A program made the translations under genes and the position numbers. Below are positions 8,919 to 17,917 of a stretch of 64,000 nt of DNA, one piece after another. The stretch is from a virus. Its lineage: Duplodnaviria > Caudoviricetes. The notes beneath the pieces are model-generated. The model had not been told where the DNA came from, searched no databases, and saw nothing but the letters and a program-made list of their open reading frames with translations. Position 1 is the first letter of the stretch; each line of letters starts with the position of its first letter. Location of the stretch: IMG/VR virus record IMGVR_UViG_3300049141_000098, positions 160,001 through 224,000 of that record, one strand, 5' to 3'.

Positions 8919-8952
8919 GGTCCCGCTCCCCTTTCCCCTTCCACCCCAATAC

Positions 8953-8962
8953 GGCCTAGGCC
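8953..8962. promoter_or_regulatory. Palindrome C4 GGCCTAGGCC at the start site of a leftward promoter
   Basis: Minus strand TTGCGA-N18-TACCCT, then AGT and the palindrome. Confidence 0.75.
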
Positions 8963-9031
8963 ACTAGGGTACTGAGCGGAGGGAGCTGATCGCAATGGGT
9001 AACCGACCGCTACCGCGAAAGGATCAGCAGG

Positions 9032-9307
9032 TCACGACGCCTGGTCCGCCTGGAGCTTCAGGGCTTCCTCCAGCGCCTCCTTCGGGTTCTGGCCCTGGGT
9101 GACCAAGTCGTAGAACGTCGAGGCCTCCGTCAGGCCGAAGTGCCCGAGGATCCGCTCCAGCGCCTTGGTTGTGTGGTGGTAGACCGAGCCGCCGTTCCGG
9201 GGGTCATCGACCACCAGCTCGTGCACGTCGACCACGTTCCACCCGTACATCAAGTCGCAGAGCTGCTTGGCCGCAGCGAGCAAGTCGTACTTCTTCAGCG
9301 TGTCCAT
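9032..9307 (-). CDS. Hypothetical protein
   Basis: ORF track; SD. Confidence 0.75.
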   Translation of the reverse strand: MDTLKKYDLLAAAKQLCDLMYGWNVVDVHELVVDDPRNGGSVYHHTTKALERILGHFGLTEASTFYDLVTQGQNPKEALEEALKLQADQAS

Positions 9308-9359
9308 CGTCTTCTCTCTTTCCGTTCCTGTTTCACGGTTTTGTGTGCTCAGGTGACGA

Positions 9360-9434
9360 CTACCGGCGACGCTGCTCCCGCTTGACGATGAGCATTGCGA
9401 GGATGGTGGCGAACGCGCGAATGACCTGCTCCAT
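9360..9434 (-). CDS. 24-aa peptide MEQVIRAFATILAMLIVKREQRRR
   Basis: Read by eye; SD GGAGAGGGAGAAGG; hydrophobic core plus basic tail. Confidence 0.45.
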   Translation of the reverse strand: MEQVIRAFATILAMLIVKREQRRR

Positions 9435-9479
9435 CAGTTCCTTCTCCCTCTCCGTGGCACCCTCAGTGCCGGATCTTGA

Positions 9480-9794
9480 CTACTTGCTCGCTCGTGCGGC
9501 CAGCCGCTCCGCCTTGAACTCCTCCAGGAAGGCGTCCACCGCCTCCTGCCAGCCGCCGAGGGGGATGCCCAGGGCAAGGGCCAGCATCCACTTCATGCCG
9601 TCGAGGCGGGCCTCCCGGCGGGTGATCTCCCTCTTGCCGGGCCGAGCGGACACCTGACCGTTCATGGCCGCCCACATCCCGTTGACCTCGCCCCGGATCT
9701 CCGAGGCCATGAGATGGCAGATTTCCTCGGGTGCCGCCGTCGCGGATGCGGAGAGCCACTTCCGGACCGTCTGCATCCCAGGCTTCTCAGTCAC
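9480..9794 (-). CDS. Hypothetical protein
   Basis: GTG 9794 coupled. Confidence 0.7.
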   Translation of the reverse strand: MTEKPGMQTVRKWLSASATAAPEEICHLMASEIRGEVNGMWAAMNGQVSARPGKREITRREARLDGMKWMLALALGIPLGGWQEAVDAFLEEFKAERLAARASK

Positions 9795-10198
9795 GCTGTT
9801 CGCCCCGCCCTCTTTGCCGCTTCGCGCTGCTGCTTGCGCCATTCCTTCAGTTCGGCCTTGATCCTGTCGTTCACGTCCGCCGGAATCCAGGTGTCCCTGA
9901 AGCCGGAGGGGACCCATTTCTCTACGCCCAGCCCCCTCTTCGAGGCCCACTCGATGGCGGCCTCCAGGTGCGCACGGCGGCTCTCCGCGAGCGTGCCGCC
10001 GTGCCGGACCCGGATCTCCTTGGACTTCCGGCGTTCTCCGTCACGGAAGAACACAACCTCGGAGCGGTGATCGCTGTAGCCGATCGCATGCGGATGGTGG
10101 ATGTTGAAGTAGATTACGGGGCACTGGAATTGTTCGCCCAGCTCCCAGGCATTGACCAGGTTGAACGCGGCCCGCATGTCGTCGGTGTACTTGCTCAC
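9791..10198 (-). CDS. Hypothetical protein
   Basis: GTG 10198 coupled. Confidence 0.75.
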   Translation of the reverse strand: MSKYTDDMRAAFNLVNAWELGEQFQCPVIYFNIHHPHAIGYSDHRSEVVFFRDGERRKSKEIRVRHGGTLAESRRAHLEAAIEWASKRGLGVEKWVPSGFRDTWIPADVNDRIKAELKEWRKQQREAAKRAGRTA

Positions 10199-10434
10199 CG
10201 CAGTCCCTCCGGAATCTTCTCCTCGATCTCTTCGGCGATGTCCTGGGTGGCCTGCCAGCTCGCGGCGTGCTCGTCGCAGCACCGGGGCTCGGGGTCCTGT
10301 GACTTCACCTCAGTGGCAATATCCCGCAGGACCTCGGCCACCAGCTTCACGGTTGGACACGGCCACGGCTCGTGGCACCAGATGCAGTGCACGCTGGGCC
10401 CCCAGTCGGTCGGCTGGTGATCTTTCCAGCTCAT
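10195..10434 (-). CDS. Hypothetical protein (CIWCHEPWPCPT Zn motif)
   Basis: CxxC..WPC motif common in actinophage small proteins. Confidence 0.75.
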   Translation of the reverse strand: MSWKDHQPTDWGPSVHCIWCHEPWPCPTVKLVAEVLRDIATEVKSQDPEPRCCDEHAASWQATQDIAEEIEEKIPEGLR

Positions 10435-10703
10435 CTCGTCTCCCTTCCGAATCGCAGGTCCAGGCGTTGTGCGATGTTGCGCACGATCGACGCCTCTTGC
10501 CCCATGTAGGTCTTGCGCAGGAGGTCGGCCTGCTCATACAACTCCCCGACCACCTTGATGACGGCCTGCTCTTCCGTGTAGTGCCGCAGTTGCAGCACTG
10601 GACCATCCCCGAAGACCGATCGCATGAAGGCGATCATCTGCCCGGGGGTCACACCGTCCGGACTCGGCATCCGGACGGTGACCTCACGCCAGTCGTCAGT
10701 CAT
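10431..10703 (-). CDS. Hypothetical protein
   Basis: ATG 10703. Confidence 0.7.
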   Translation of the reverse strand: MTDDWREVTVRMPSPDGVTPGQMIAFMRSVFGDGPVLQLRHYTEEQAVIKVVGELYEQADLLRKTYMGQEASIVRNIAQRLDLRFGRETR

Positions 10704-10956
10704 AGACGTACTCGTCGACCCGCTCCAGGCCGGACTCGATGAGTACGAGATTCCTGCGCAGCTCATCGATCTGCTCCTCGATCCGCTTCTTGCGGTTCAG
10801 GAGGTGATCACGCATCCACTGTCGAGCCAGCTCGATCAGGCGCTCCTTGTCACCCCAGTAGTCCTCGTACATGATCGCGAAGTCGTAGGGGTCGTGAAGT
10901 CCGTGCCTCCGGGCCCACTCGTAGGTCTGGTTTCGTTCGACGCTGTCGCCGTTCAT
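10696..10956 (-). CDS. Hypothetical coiled-coil protein
   Basis: ATG 10956 coupled. Confidence 0.7.
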   Translation of the reverse strand: MNGDSVERNQTYEWARRHGLHDPYDFAIMYEDYWGDKERLIELARQWMRDHLLNRKKRIEEQIDELRRNLVLIESGLERVDEYVYD

Positions 10957-11390
10957 CCCTCGACCCTCACACCCTCGTGGGCCCGGCAGCGGGGCACGCC
11001 GGGGCACTTGCTGAACACCGGGAGCATCGCCCCGTAGAAGTTGGCCTGAGTCCTGTCCGGCTGCTCGTGCAGCGGGCACACCAGCGTGCTGGGGAAGTAA
11101 CCGCTCCACTGCTCGTGATCCGGGTCCAGCTCATTCAACAAGCCCTCGGCGAGCTGAATGAGATCCCTAGGGACGTTGCCCCGCTTTGCTACCGCATGAC
11201 GGAAGTTGGTACGCAGGTAGTCGACCGCTTCCCGCATGCCCGCCTCGGCGCTGCGCCGCTGGTAGTTGAGCACGCTCTCGTGGCAGAACAGCTCGCTGAT
11301 CACGCGATGCATGTCCGTCACGTTCGCCCAAGACCCCGGCGTCCGAACCTTGGCTTCACCCCAGCCATCCATGTCCATGTCGGTGCTCAC
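10953..11390 (-). CDS. Hypothetical protein
   Basis: ORF track. Confidence 0.75.
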   Translation of the reverse strand: MSTDMDMDGWGEAKVRTPGSWANVTDMHRVISELFCHESVLNYQRRSAEAGMREAVDYLRTNFRHAVAKRGNVPRDLIQLAEGLLNELDPDHEQWSGYFPSTLVCPLHEQPDRTQANFYGAMLPVFSKCPGVPRCRAHEGVRVEG

Positions 11391-12109
11391 CCGTTCCTCT
11401 CCTTCGCCTCGTTGATGGCCTGGCGCAGGGTCTCGATGTCGACCCCGCGTTCGGTCTCTTCCGTGATCTCCTCCGGCTCGACCACCGGCATGCGCACCGG
11501 CCAGAGACGGAAGCCCGGCTGCGGCAGCAGCTCAACCCGGCCGTCTTCGACAACCCACGTGAGAAGCGGCCAGCGCTCCTCGAAACGCTCAGGGTCCTTG
11601 TAGCTGGAGAGCTGCACCGTCATGGCCAGCCTCGGCCACGTCCGTGCGATCAACGCCAGCTCCTGGTTGAGGTCGTCCAGCTTGGGCCACTTGGCATCCA
11701 GGTCGGTGCCGTAGGTTCCGATCGAGCCGTCCCAGTTGCACCAGCCGGAGGGCAGCTCGAACCTGGACGCCGTCACCCGGTCATTGCCCAGGTACTCCAG
11801 GTCCAGGATTCCCAACTCCTCTCGGAGCCGTTCCCGCTCCTCGTATGGCAGCCAGTCGTTGTGGTCCCCCAGGGCTACTCCGTAGGCGGTGCAGACGGCC
11901 TGCCCCCATTCCTCACTTCGGGAGGGGAGCAGGCGACTCGGATCCGTGGTTCGCAGGCAGATCTCCCGGCCCAGCTCGGGACTCACGCTCTGACCCGCCA
12001 CCTGGAGCGTCGGCCACTTCGGCAGCTCCCGTTCGACCGGCAGGCTCGCCAGGTTCTCCCTCACCCACTCCAGCAGCACGTGCTTCGTCACGTCGCCCTC
12101 CCCGGCCAT
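11387..12109 (-). CDS. Hypothetical protein, 240 aa
   Basis: ORF track; coupled overlaps. Confidence 0.8.
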   Translation of the reverse strand: MAGEGDVTKHVLLEWVRENLASLPVERELPKWPTLQVAGQSVSPELGREICLRTTDPSRLLPSRSEEWGQAVCTAYGVALGDHNDWLPYEERERLREELGILDLEYLGNDRVTASRFELPSGWCNWDGSIGTYGTDLDAKWPKLDDLNQELALIARTWPRLAMTVQLSSYKDPERFEERWPLLTWVVEDGRVELLPQPGFRLWPVRMPVVEPEEITEETERGVDIETLRQAINEAKERNG

Positions 12110-12570
12110 CAGGCTGCGCCGTCAGCGAGGTGGATGACCGTCTCGTTGTTCGTCCGGTACTCGATGGGGATGTGCTGGCCTTCCGTCATCGAGCCGCGCT
12201 TGGTCTCGACGATGTGCTCCACGGGCCGACCCTCGTCATCCCAGGTCCACACACTCGACGACACGGCGTAAGACCCCGAGATCTCGGCCATCTCGCAGGC
12301 CTTGGCGTACTCGGCCAGCGTGCCGATCTGGGGAGCCACCTCGTCAAGGTCCCGCATCGTCCAGACGTAGCGGACTGGCTCTCGCTCGATGCCGCCCGAG
12401 AATCGAGGTTCCTCTCCCTGCTCACGATGCTTGGCGAGGTGCGCCCGGTGGTGCTCATCGAACCAGTCCAGCTCGCGCCCGTTCGCGCTCGCCGCCGCGC
12501 CCCGGTGTGACCCGTCGGGGTAGTGCAGCCGGTCGAAGTCGTCATGCCGCTCACCCTTGATGTGCCCCAT
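12109..12570 (-). CDS. Hypothetical protein
   Basis: ATG 12570 after CGGAAAGAGAG. Confidence 0.7.
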   Translation of the reverse strand: MGHIKGERHDDFDRLHYPDGSHRGAAASANGRELDWFDEHHRAHLAKHREQGEEPRFSGGIEREPVRYVWTMRDLDEVAPQIGTLAEYAKACEMAEISGSYAVSSSVWTWDDEGRPVEHIVETKRGSMTEGQHIPIEYRTNNETVIHLADGAA

Positions 12571-12617
12571 CGACTCTTCTCTCTTTCCGTTTCGCTTCCG
12601 ATGCTCCGCTGGACGAC

Positions 12618-12857
12618 CTACTTCGCCACGATGAACTCGTAGCCGGTGTCGGTGGTCTCGCCGGTCCAGTTGACGGCCGCGCCATCGAGCCACTGCTTCA
12701 CTGCCTCGGTATGCGCCACCAGCTTGTCCGGCGAGACGATCGCCCGTCGCTCGACGAGGTGCCAGTCAGCCGTCTTGCCGTTGATGACCTGCTCCACGAG
12801 GATGCGGAACTCGCCCTCGCGCGTGCGGAACACCTCGGTCTTCTCCGTCACGTTCAT
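12618..12857 (-). CDS. Hypothetical protein
   Basis: ATG 12857. Confidence 0.7.
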   Translation of the reverse strand: MNVTEKTEVFRTREGEFRILVEQVINGKTADWHLVERRAIVSPDKLVAHTEAVKQWLDGAAVNWTGETTDTGYEFIVAK

Positions 12858-12936
12858 CCCCTTCCATCTGCCACGGTGGCAGTTCGGCACGTGCACGGAA
12901 ACTCCATGCACGACCGGACTGAGACTGGGGCTGGTC

Positions 12937-13251
12937 CTACTCGTCGGGGGCCACATAGTAGGGCGCGTAAGCACCCATCTCGATCAGCCGAATGTCGATG
13001 GCCCGGGTAGTCCTGACGACCAGGTCCGGGTTCTCGTTGGCGGCGAACACGGGTCGCTCCGCCCGGTTCACATCGTTGGCGATCTCGTGCCGGAGCTTGG
13101 ACTTGATCTGCTCGACGAGGTAGCGAACCTTGTTCTGATGGGACTGCTCACTACTCAGCGTGCCCACCATGTGGAGCAGCAGCTCCTCGGGGTCCTCCCG
13201 GGTGCCGTTCTGCATCATCTCTTTTCCCTTTCCGAAGTCCGTTTCAGTCAC
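12937..13251 (-). CDS. Hypothetical protein
   Basis: ORF track. Confidence 0.7.
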   Translation of the reverse strand: MTETDFGKGKEMMQNGTREDPEELLLHMVGTLSSEQSHQNKVRYLVEQIKSKLRHEIANDVNRAERPVFAANENPDLVVRTTRAIDIRLIEMGAYAPYYVAPDE

Positions 13252-13579
13252 CCTCTGCGAGATGGGCAGCCAGTGCGACCTCCATCTCTTGAGCGGTTCC
13301 GATCAGCCGTTCCGACGCGCTGTTTACAGTGAGCCTGTCGGCGCCCTGCCTCCGGCTCTCGGTGCCGTTGATGTCGGCCACGAGCGTCTCCATATACCGC
13401 GAGAGCAGCCGGTAACGGGCCCACCACTGGCTCGCCCCGTTGACCACCAGCTCGTCGATGACGCCCCTGGTTTCGGACAGCCATGCGTCGAACGTGGTCG
13501 GATCGTCCGGCCAGGGCTTGAGGCAGCCGATCTCGTAGTCGTCGAATCCGACGCCGATCGTGACGGGGATCTCCTTCAC
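13244..13579 (-). CDS. Hypothetical protein
   Basis: GTG 13579 coupled. Confidence 0.7.
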   Translation of the reverse strand: MKEIPVTIGVGFDDYEIGCLKPWPDDPTTFDAWLSETRGVIDELVVNGASQWWARYRLLSRYMETLVADINGTESRRQGADRLTVNSASERLIGTAQEMEVALAAHLAEGD

Positions 13580-14073
13580 GCCGTAGCTCTCCGCGCCTTC
13601 TCGAAGGCGGCGTTCTCGGCGTCGCGAAGCAGCTCCTCGAACGAGCGACCGACGGCCCACGCCTCGTTCACACGACCGTGGAAGAAGTGGTCGGCGACCT
13701 GTGAAGCCAGGGGCACAGTGCTCATCGTGAGGGACGACCAGTTGAAGCCCCACAGGATGCCCTCCTGGTACTCCTCCAGAGCCCAGTGGTGGGCGTATCC
13801 CTGCGAGCAGAACATGCCGCAGAAGCGCTCGGCGTCCTCCCTGGAGGCGACGCGATAGAAGGGCTTGAGGGTGACCGGCTTGTGATTGCCGTCGTCGACC
13901 TCGGGGGCGCCGACCTTGGTGGGGTAGTAGACCACCAGGCCGCCCATGCTGGGGCTGATCGAAATCGACAGCTCCCACTCTCCCTCGCTGGCCATCATCT
14001 CCGGCTGCTTGGCGTACGGCCATGCCGAGTTCCAGCGGACACCGGGGGGTCGCTCGAAGGCGCGTCCAGCCAT
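13576..14073 (-). CDS. Hypothetical protein
   Basis: ATG 14073 after AAGGAG. Confidence 0.75.
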   Translation of the reverse strand: MAGRAFERPPGVRWNSAWPYAKQPEMMASEGEWELSISISPSMGGLVVYYPTKVGAPEVDDGNHKPVTLKPFYRVASREDAERFCGMFCSQGYAHHWALEEYQEGILWGFNWSSLTMSTVPLASQVADHFFHGRVNEAWAVGRSFEELLRDAENAAFEKARRATA

Positions 14074-14244
14074 GTGAATCTTCTCCTTGATTCCGAAATT
14101 ACTGCTCTTTGTGATCTCTTGCGCTGCGCCGGGCGTCACCCCACCGTGCAGCGATCCTTCCAGACACCGTCCCGGCGGGCCGGGCGTTCATCCAGGATTT
14201 CAGCCAGCTTTCCTCGAACTCCCGAGACAGCTTCAGTGTTCGTT

Positions 14245-14448
14245 CTAGCGACTCCCGGCGCCACGCTCCGATATAGCACCCTGCTGAGCCATGCGGCGCA
14301 GTCTGGATGAGTGGTCCTTCAGCTCCTCCAAGCTGAGCCCACGACGGAATTTGGCGCGCAACCTGGACTGTGCCCACAAGGCTTCGAACTCCCTCGCCGT
14401 GTCCTGCGGGCTCCGCTGGGACGGCTCACTCGGATTGGCTGTCTCCAT
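14245..14448 (-). CDS. Hypothetical protein
   Basis: ORF track. Confidence 0.55.
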   Translation of the reverse strand: METANPSEPSQRSPQDTAREFEALWAQSRLRAKFRRGLSLEELKDHSSRLRRMAQQGAISERGAGSR

Positions 14449-14470
14449 CCGAGTATCGTCCCCTACATAC

Positions 14471-14773
14471 TCACGCCTTGTCTTGAATTCTCACCGCAAT
14501 GATCTGCTTGGCGGTCACCCCCGGCACCAGTTCGCCGCCGTCGGCCAGTACTTCGAAGGATTCGCCGCCAGGTCGAATGCCTTCGATGTGGCCTCGGTAG
14601 AAGTGGCCGGTGGAATCCCGCACGGCGACCTGGGCGACGCTCCCCTCCGGCTTGTTCTCGATCAGGATCTTCAGTGCCGTGTAGTCGAGCGCGCCCGTGA
14701 ACTCCCGGAAATACTTGAGCTTTTCCAGAGTTCGCCCCAGCTCCGTCTCCAGGATCTGCATCTGACTCGGCAT
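14471..14773 (-). CDS. Hypothetical protein
   Basis: ATG 14773 after CGGAAAAGGGGAGG. Confidence 0.75.
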   Translation of the reverse strand: MPSQMQILETELGRTLEKLKYFREFTGALDYTALKILIENKPEGSVAQVAVRDSTGHFYRGHIEGIRPGGESFEVLADGGELVPGVTAKQIIAVRIQDKA

Positions 14774-14865
14774 GCCGTTCCTCCCCTTTTCCGTTTCTCG
14801 CGCCCACGCTGAGAGCACTCCGCGTGCGGTCGGTTTCCCGGCCGCCACGGGGCGCCATCAGTGCG

Positions 14866-15072
14866 TCATCTGTTCCGCTGCCACGGCTGCGGAAGCTCCC
14901 CGCCCCACGACAGGCGCTCATCCAGCGCCTCGATGAGGTCGGCGAGCTGTGCTCCCAGCTCTGCCGCCACCTCAAGGTCCCGGTTTGACGTCATGATGCT
15001 TCGGATCTCCCGGATGGTTTCCAGGATCTCGTTCGCCGTGGCCTCCGGCTTAACGTCGTCCACTCTCTTCAC
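14866..15072 (-). CDS. Hypothetical protein
   Basis: GTG 15072 coupled. Confidence 0.65.
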   Translation of the reverse strand: MKRVDDVKPEATANEILETIREIRSIMTSNRDLEVAAELGAQLADLIEALDERLSWGGELPQPWQRNR

Positions 15073-15206
15073 CTCTCCGACTGGTCGATATCGATACGAA
15101 ACGAGTCCCGCTCGGTCCCGCACACGCAATTCTCTGGAGAGCAGTAGCAGCCCTCTTCCCACCAGCGTCGCTGCGGCGGCCTGTCATCACCCTGCTGGCC
15201 GCTCAC
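15069..15206 (-). CDS. 45-aa Cys-rich hypothetical protein
   Basis: CYCSPENCVCG; coupled both sides. Confidence 0.55.
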   Translation of the reverse strand: MSGQQGDDRPPQRRWWEEGCYCSPENCVCGTERDSFRIDIDQSER

Positions 15207-15583
15207 CGCACGTAGTCCTTCATCTCGGGGAAGGCGGCGACGACCAGCTCGGTCAGCCACTTCCTTGCCTGCTCCTGCTCGTTGAAGCTGAGGCTGGGGT
15301 AGTCACCCCACGTGGCCAGATTTGCTGTGCCCCAGTGCTTGAGTTCTTCCCGGTAGATGTCGGCGATCTGGCGCTGAGTCAGCTCGGTCGGAAGCTCCTC
15401 CGGACGGTCGCCCTGGCGCTCGTCGTCCGGAGTGAGCCGGTTGCGGTAGTACTGGCTTCCCAGACCGTCGACCAGGTCGTGCACTTCGGGCTGAACCAGG
15501 ATTGAGAGGTTCAGCCAGGCCACCGGGCGCGTGCTCCCGTCGGAAAGCTCATCCTTACCCTTGCGCACCTTGATGCCAGCCAC
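15203..15583 (-). CDS. Hypothetical protein
   Basis: GTG 15583 after AAAGGGGAG. Confidence 0.75.
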   Translation of the reverse strand: MAGIKVRKGKDELSDGSTRPVAWLNLSILVQPEVHDLVDGLGSQYYRNRLTPDDERQGDRPEELPTELTQRQIADIYREELKHWGTANLATWGDYPSLSFNEQEQARKWLTELVVAAFPEMKDYVR

Positions 15584-15597
15584 CCGTTTCTCCCCTT

Positions 15598-15981
15598 TCA
15601 GTCTGATTCGGCGATTGCTGCCTGAGCGATGAAGTTGCGGGCCGCGTTCTCGGCGATCTGCTGTGTGAGACCGTAGATGCCGCTGTTGGCGAGCTTGCTC
15701 GTGAGGATCCAATCGATCTGGGCTTTCCGAGTGTCCCGGATGCGGTCGAGTACCTTGTCGTCGTTGTAGGCACTGTTTCCGACGGCATCGAGGGCAAGGG
15801 ACCCCTCGTAGAGGCTGTACAACGCGCGAGCGGCGTAGAAGTCAACGAAGTGGTCGCCGTCCAGCTCCATCGGCCGGTCGGCCAGGATCGTTCGCAGGTT
15901 CTCCAGCTTCGCGGTGTACCCCTTGTGGGCATTGCTTGCGTAGCGGCGCACCATGGCCGCCCGGGTGGTCTTGTCGAGCAC
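15598..15981 (-). CDS. Hypothetical protein
   Basis: ORF track; SD. Confidence 0.75.
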   Translation of the reverse strand: MLDKTTRAAMVRRYASNAHKGYTAKLENLRTILADRPMELDGDHFVDFYAARALYSLYEGSLALDAVGNSAYNDDKVLDRIRDTRKAQIDWILTSKLANSGIYGLTQQIAENAARNFIAQAAIAESD

Positions 15982-16169
15982 TTACCTTCTCCCTTCCATC
16001 AAACTCTGTGTCGCGGGTTCGTTGCATGCTGCCGCCGTCCGGCTTCTCGCCCAGATCTAGCGGCCAGAGAGGCTGGATGGACGCTCAGCCTCCCGCGTCC
16101 AGCGTCAGGATCAGACCGTAACGCAGGCCACTGACAACGCTGTTCTGGCTGTAGCACTTCAGCTCTTAT

Positions 16170-16179
16170 GACCTAGGCC
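16170..16179. promoter_or_regulatory. Palindrome C5 GACCTAGGCC
   Basis: Intergenic, just downstream of terminator 16197-16222. Confidence 0.75.
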
Positions 16180-16196
16180 ATCGTACAGAACAAAGA

Positions 16197-16222
16197 AGGG
16201 GCTCGCCATGAGGCGAGCCCCT
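16197..16222 (-). terminator. Intrinsic terminator
   Basis: AGGGGCTCGCC/GGCGAGCCCCT stem then TCTTTGTT on minus strand. Confidence 0.7.
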
Positions 16223-16227
16223 CTGGG

Positions 16228-16659
16228 TCAGCCGATGTAGGTCACGCCATGAGTCCCGTCAGCCGGGTCGTGCAAGTCCTCCCAGGGAATGGTGAGGATC
16301 CCCAGCATGAGCTTGCCGTACTTGCCGAAATTCCGGTCGTCCTCGTTCGGCTCACCGTCGTCGTCGTAGTTGTTCGCCAGGGCGTACTCATGAGCCGACA
16401 TCACCGCCTCGTGCAGCAGGAGGGCTTCGCTGACGGTCAGGGTCAGCTCGTCCGGCAGTGCGGCATCGTGGTTGTACTCCTGACAGACGTCGGCGTAGAC
16501 CTCCGCCCTCTCGTCATCGAGGTGAACGCCCTGGTCGGAGCCGTGCGCCACGGCGGTACGCAGGATGTCCCACAGTGTGATCTCAGTGCCGCCAAGGCGG
16601 ATTTCCTTCAGGTTGTAGCGGAACCGGTCAGTGTCGGCCGGGGGTGTGCGCACCGCCAT
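16228..16659 (-). CDS. Acidic hypothetical protein, paralog of 16663-17103
   Basis: Shared DR.RY.L.EI.LGG, G.D.GVH.D, NNY..DD, FG..GK.ML..L..PWE. Confidence 0.8.
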   Translation of the reverse strand: MAVRTPPADTDRFRYNLKEIRLGGTEITLWDILRTAVAHGSDQGVHLDDERAEVYADVCQEYNHDAALPDELTLTVSEALLLHEAVMSAHEYALANNYDDDGEPNEDDRNFGKYGKLMLGILTIPWEDLHDPADGTHGVTYIG

Positions 16660-16662
16660 AAG

Positions 16663-17103
16663 TCAGCTCTCCAGCTTCTCGAATCCGTGACTGCCGTCGT
16701 CGGTGAAGGTCAGAGCCTCCCACGGCCACGCCAGCGCGTGCAGCATGAACTTCCCGTGCTGCCCGAACGTCCGGGCGTCATCGTCCTGCTCGTCGTCGGC
16801 GCCGTAGTTGTTCTGGTCGGCGTACTCCCAGGCCGACACGCAGGCGTCGTACAACTCGCGAGCCTGGGCGACCGTGAGGTCCAGCCACATGCCGTTCTGC
16901 ACATCGACGCGGTACCGCCAACACGTCTCGGCGAACTCGGCCGCCCGTCCGGCGTCGTCGTGCACGCCTTCGTCGTCACCAAGCATGCAGGCGTACTCCA
17001 GCATCTCCCGCAGCGTGGGACCTCCGAGTCCAGTACCGCCGAGCTGGATCTCGTCCAGGCGGTAACGGTAGCGGTCGGTCTCGGCAGGCATGGTGCGAAG
17101 CAT
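16663..17103 (-). CDS. Acidic hypothetical protein, paralog of 16228-16659
   Basis: As above. Confidence 0.8.
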   Translation of the reverse strand: MLRTMPAETDRYRYRLDEIQLGGTGLGGPTLREMLEYACMLGDDEGVHDDAGRAAEFAETCWRYRVDVQNGMWLDLTVAQARELYDACVSAWEYADQNNYGADDEQDDDARTFGQHGKFMLHALAWPWEALTFTDDGSHGFEKLES

Positions 17104-17117
17104 GATTTCCCCCTTGG

Positions 17118-17444
17118 CTAGAGCCACTGAATGGTGTCGGCCCGAACGAGGAACGGGCGCTGTCGCTCTTCTTCCGGAACGTTCGTGCAGTTCGGATCGT
17201 CGCAGCAGCCATCACCACACATTGGATCGGCGCAACGCTCCGGCTCCGGAATCTCGACCTGCACCCGAACCCGGGTCTTCAGCTCAATGGCCTCAGCGAG
17301 GAGAGGAAGCCAGTCATCGCTCCCCCAGAAGGCGCCGGGGCTCCCCTCGATGGTGAAGGCAGCGATAGTCCCACTGTCGTCCTCGCGGTCGTGCGCCCAT
17401 GCCTTTGCGACCAGGCCTTCGTGCGTCTCTGCCTTCACGGTCAT
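17118..17444 (-). CDS. Hypothetical protein
   Basis: ATG 17444. Confidence 0.7.
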   Translation of the reverse strand: MTVKAETHEGLVAKAWAHDREDDSGTIAAFTIEGSPGAFWGSDDWLPLLAEAIELKTRVRVQVEIPEPERCADPMCGDGCCDDPNCTNVPEEERQRPFLVRADTIQWL

Positions 17445-17496
17445 GATCCCTCTCCCTGTCCGAACTTCGAAGGGCCTGCCCATCGGCAGGCCCCCA

Positions 17497-17685
17497 TCAC
17501 GTCACCTTCGCGGGCCGGTGCCCATCGCGAACGTACAGACCGGTGCCTGCGATGTACTGGCAACTCGGGTCGTACTCGTCGGCGTAGAGGTCAACGACTT
17601 CACCCCGGTGAGTGCTCTGCCCGACGAAGGCCCGCCTGTCCTTGCAGGCCTCGCACCACTTCTTCGGGTCGGCCTGAAGCATCAC
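17497..17685 (-). CDS. Hypothetical protein with CxxC
   Basis: ORF track. Confidence 0.65.
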   Translation of the reverse strand: MMLQADPKKWCEACKDRRAFVGQSTHRGEVVDLYADEYDPSCQYIAGTGLYVRDGHRPAKVT

Positions 17686-17900
17686 CCTTCACTCACCCCG
17701 CCTTCGTCCGTGAGCGATGTCCCCCAGTTGGCCTCGAAAGCGGCGTCCCGAGTCATCCGGACTCGGCCGGTCAGCTTCCCAGGCACCTCTTCATCCCCGG
17801 TGGCGGCGATCCGGTAGTCGGTGGCGTCCCACTCCACCTGGAAGGCCACCCCAGGGGCGACCCGCACCCAGCCGGTGCCCTTGCTGTCGTCGCCGTACAT
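17682..17900 (-). CDS. Hypothetical protein
   Basis: ATG 17900. Confidence 0.65.
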   Translation of the reverse strand: MYGDDSKGTGWVRVAPGVAFQVEWDATDYRIAATGDEEVPGKLTGRVRMTRDAAFEANWGTSLTDEGGVSEG

Positions 17901-17917
17901 CAACCCCAGCCCTCCCC

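Noticed and set aside
11165-11172. CCCTAGGG here and TCCTAGGC at 62982 as additional operators
   Set aside because: Inside CDS and lack the G(G/A)..(C/T)C flanks
16030-16165. Alternative hairpins (GGACGC/GCGTCC vs GAGGCTG/CAGCCTC) in the leader after C5 as an attenuator
   Set aside because: Single instance, short GC-rich stems expected by chance; no supporting repeat or known motif
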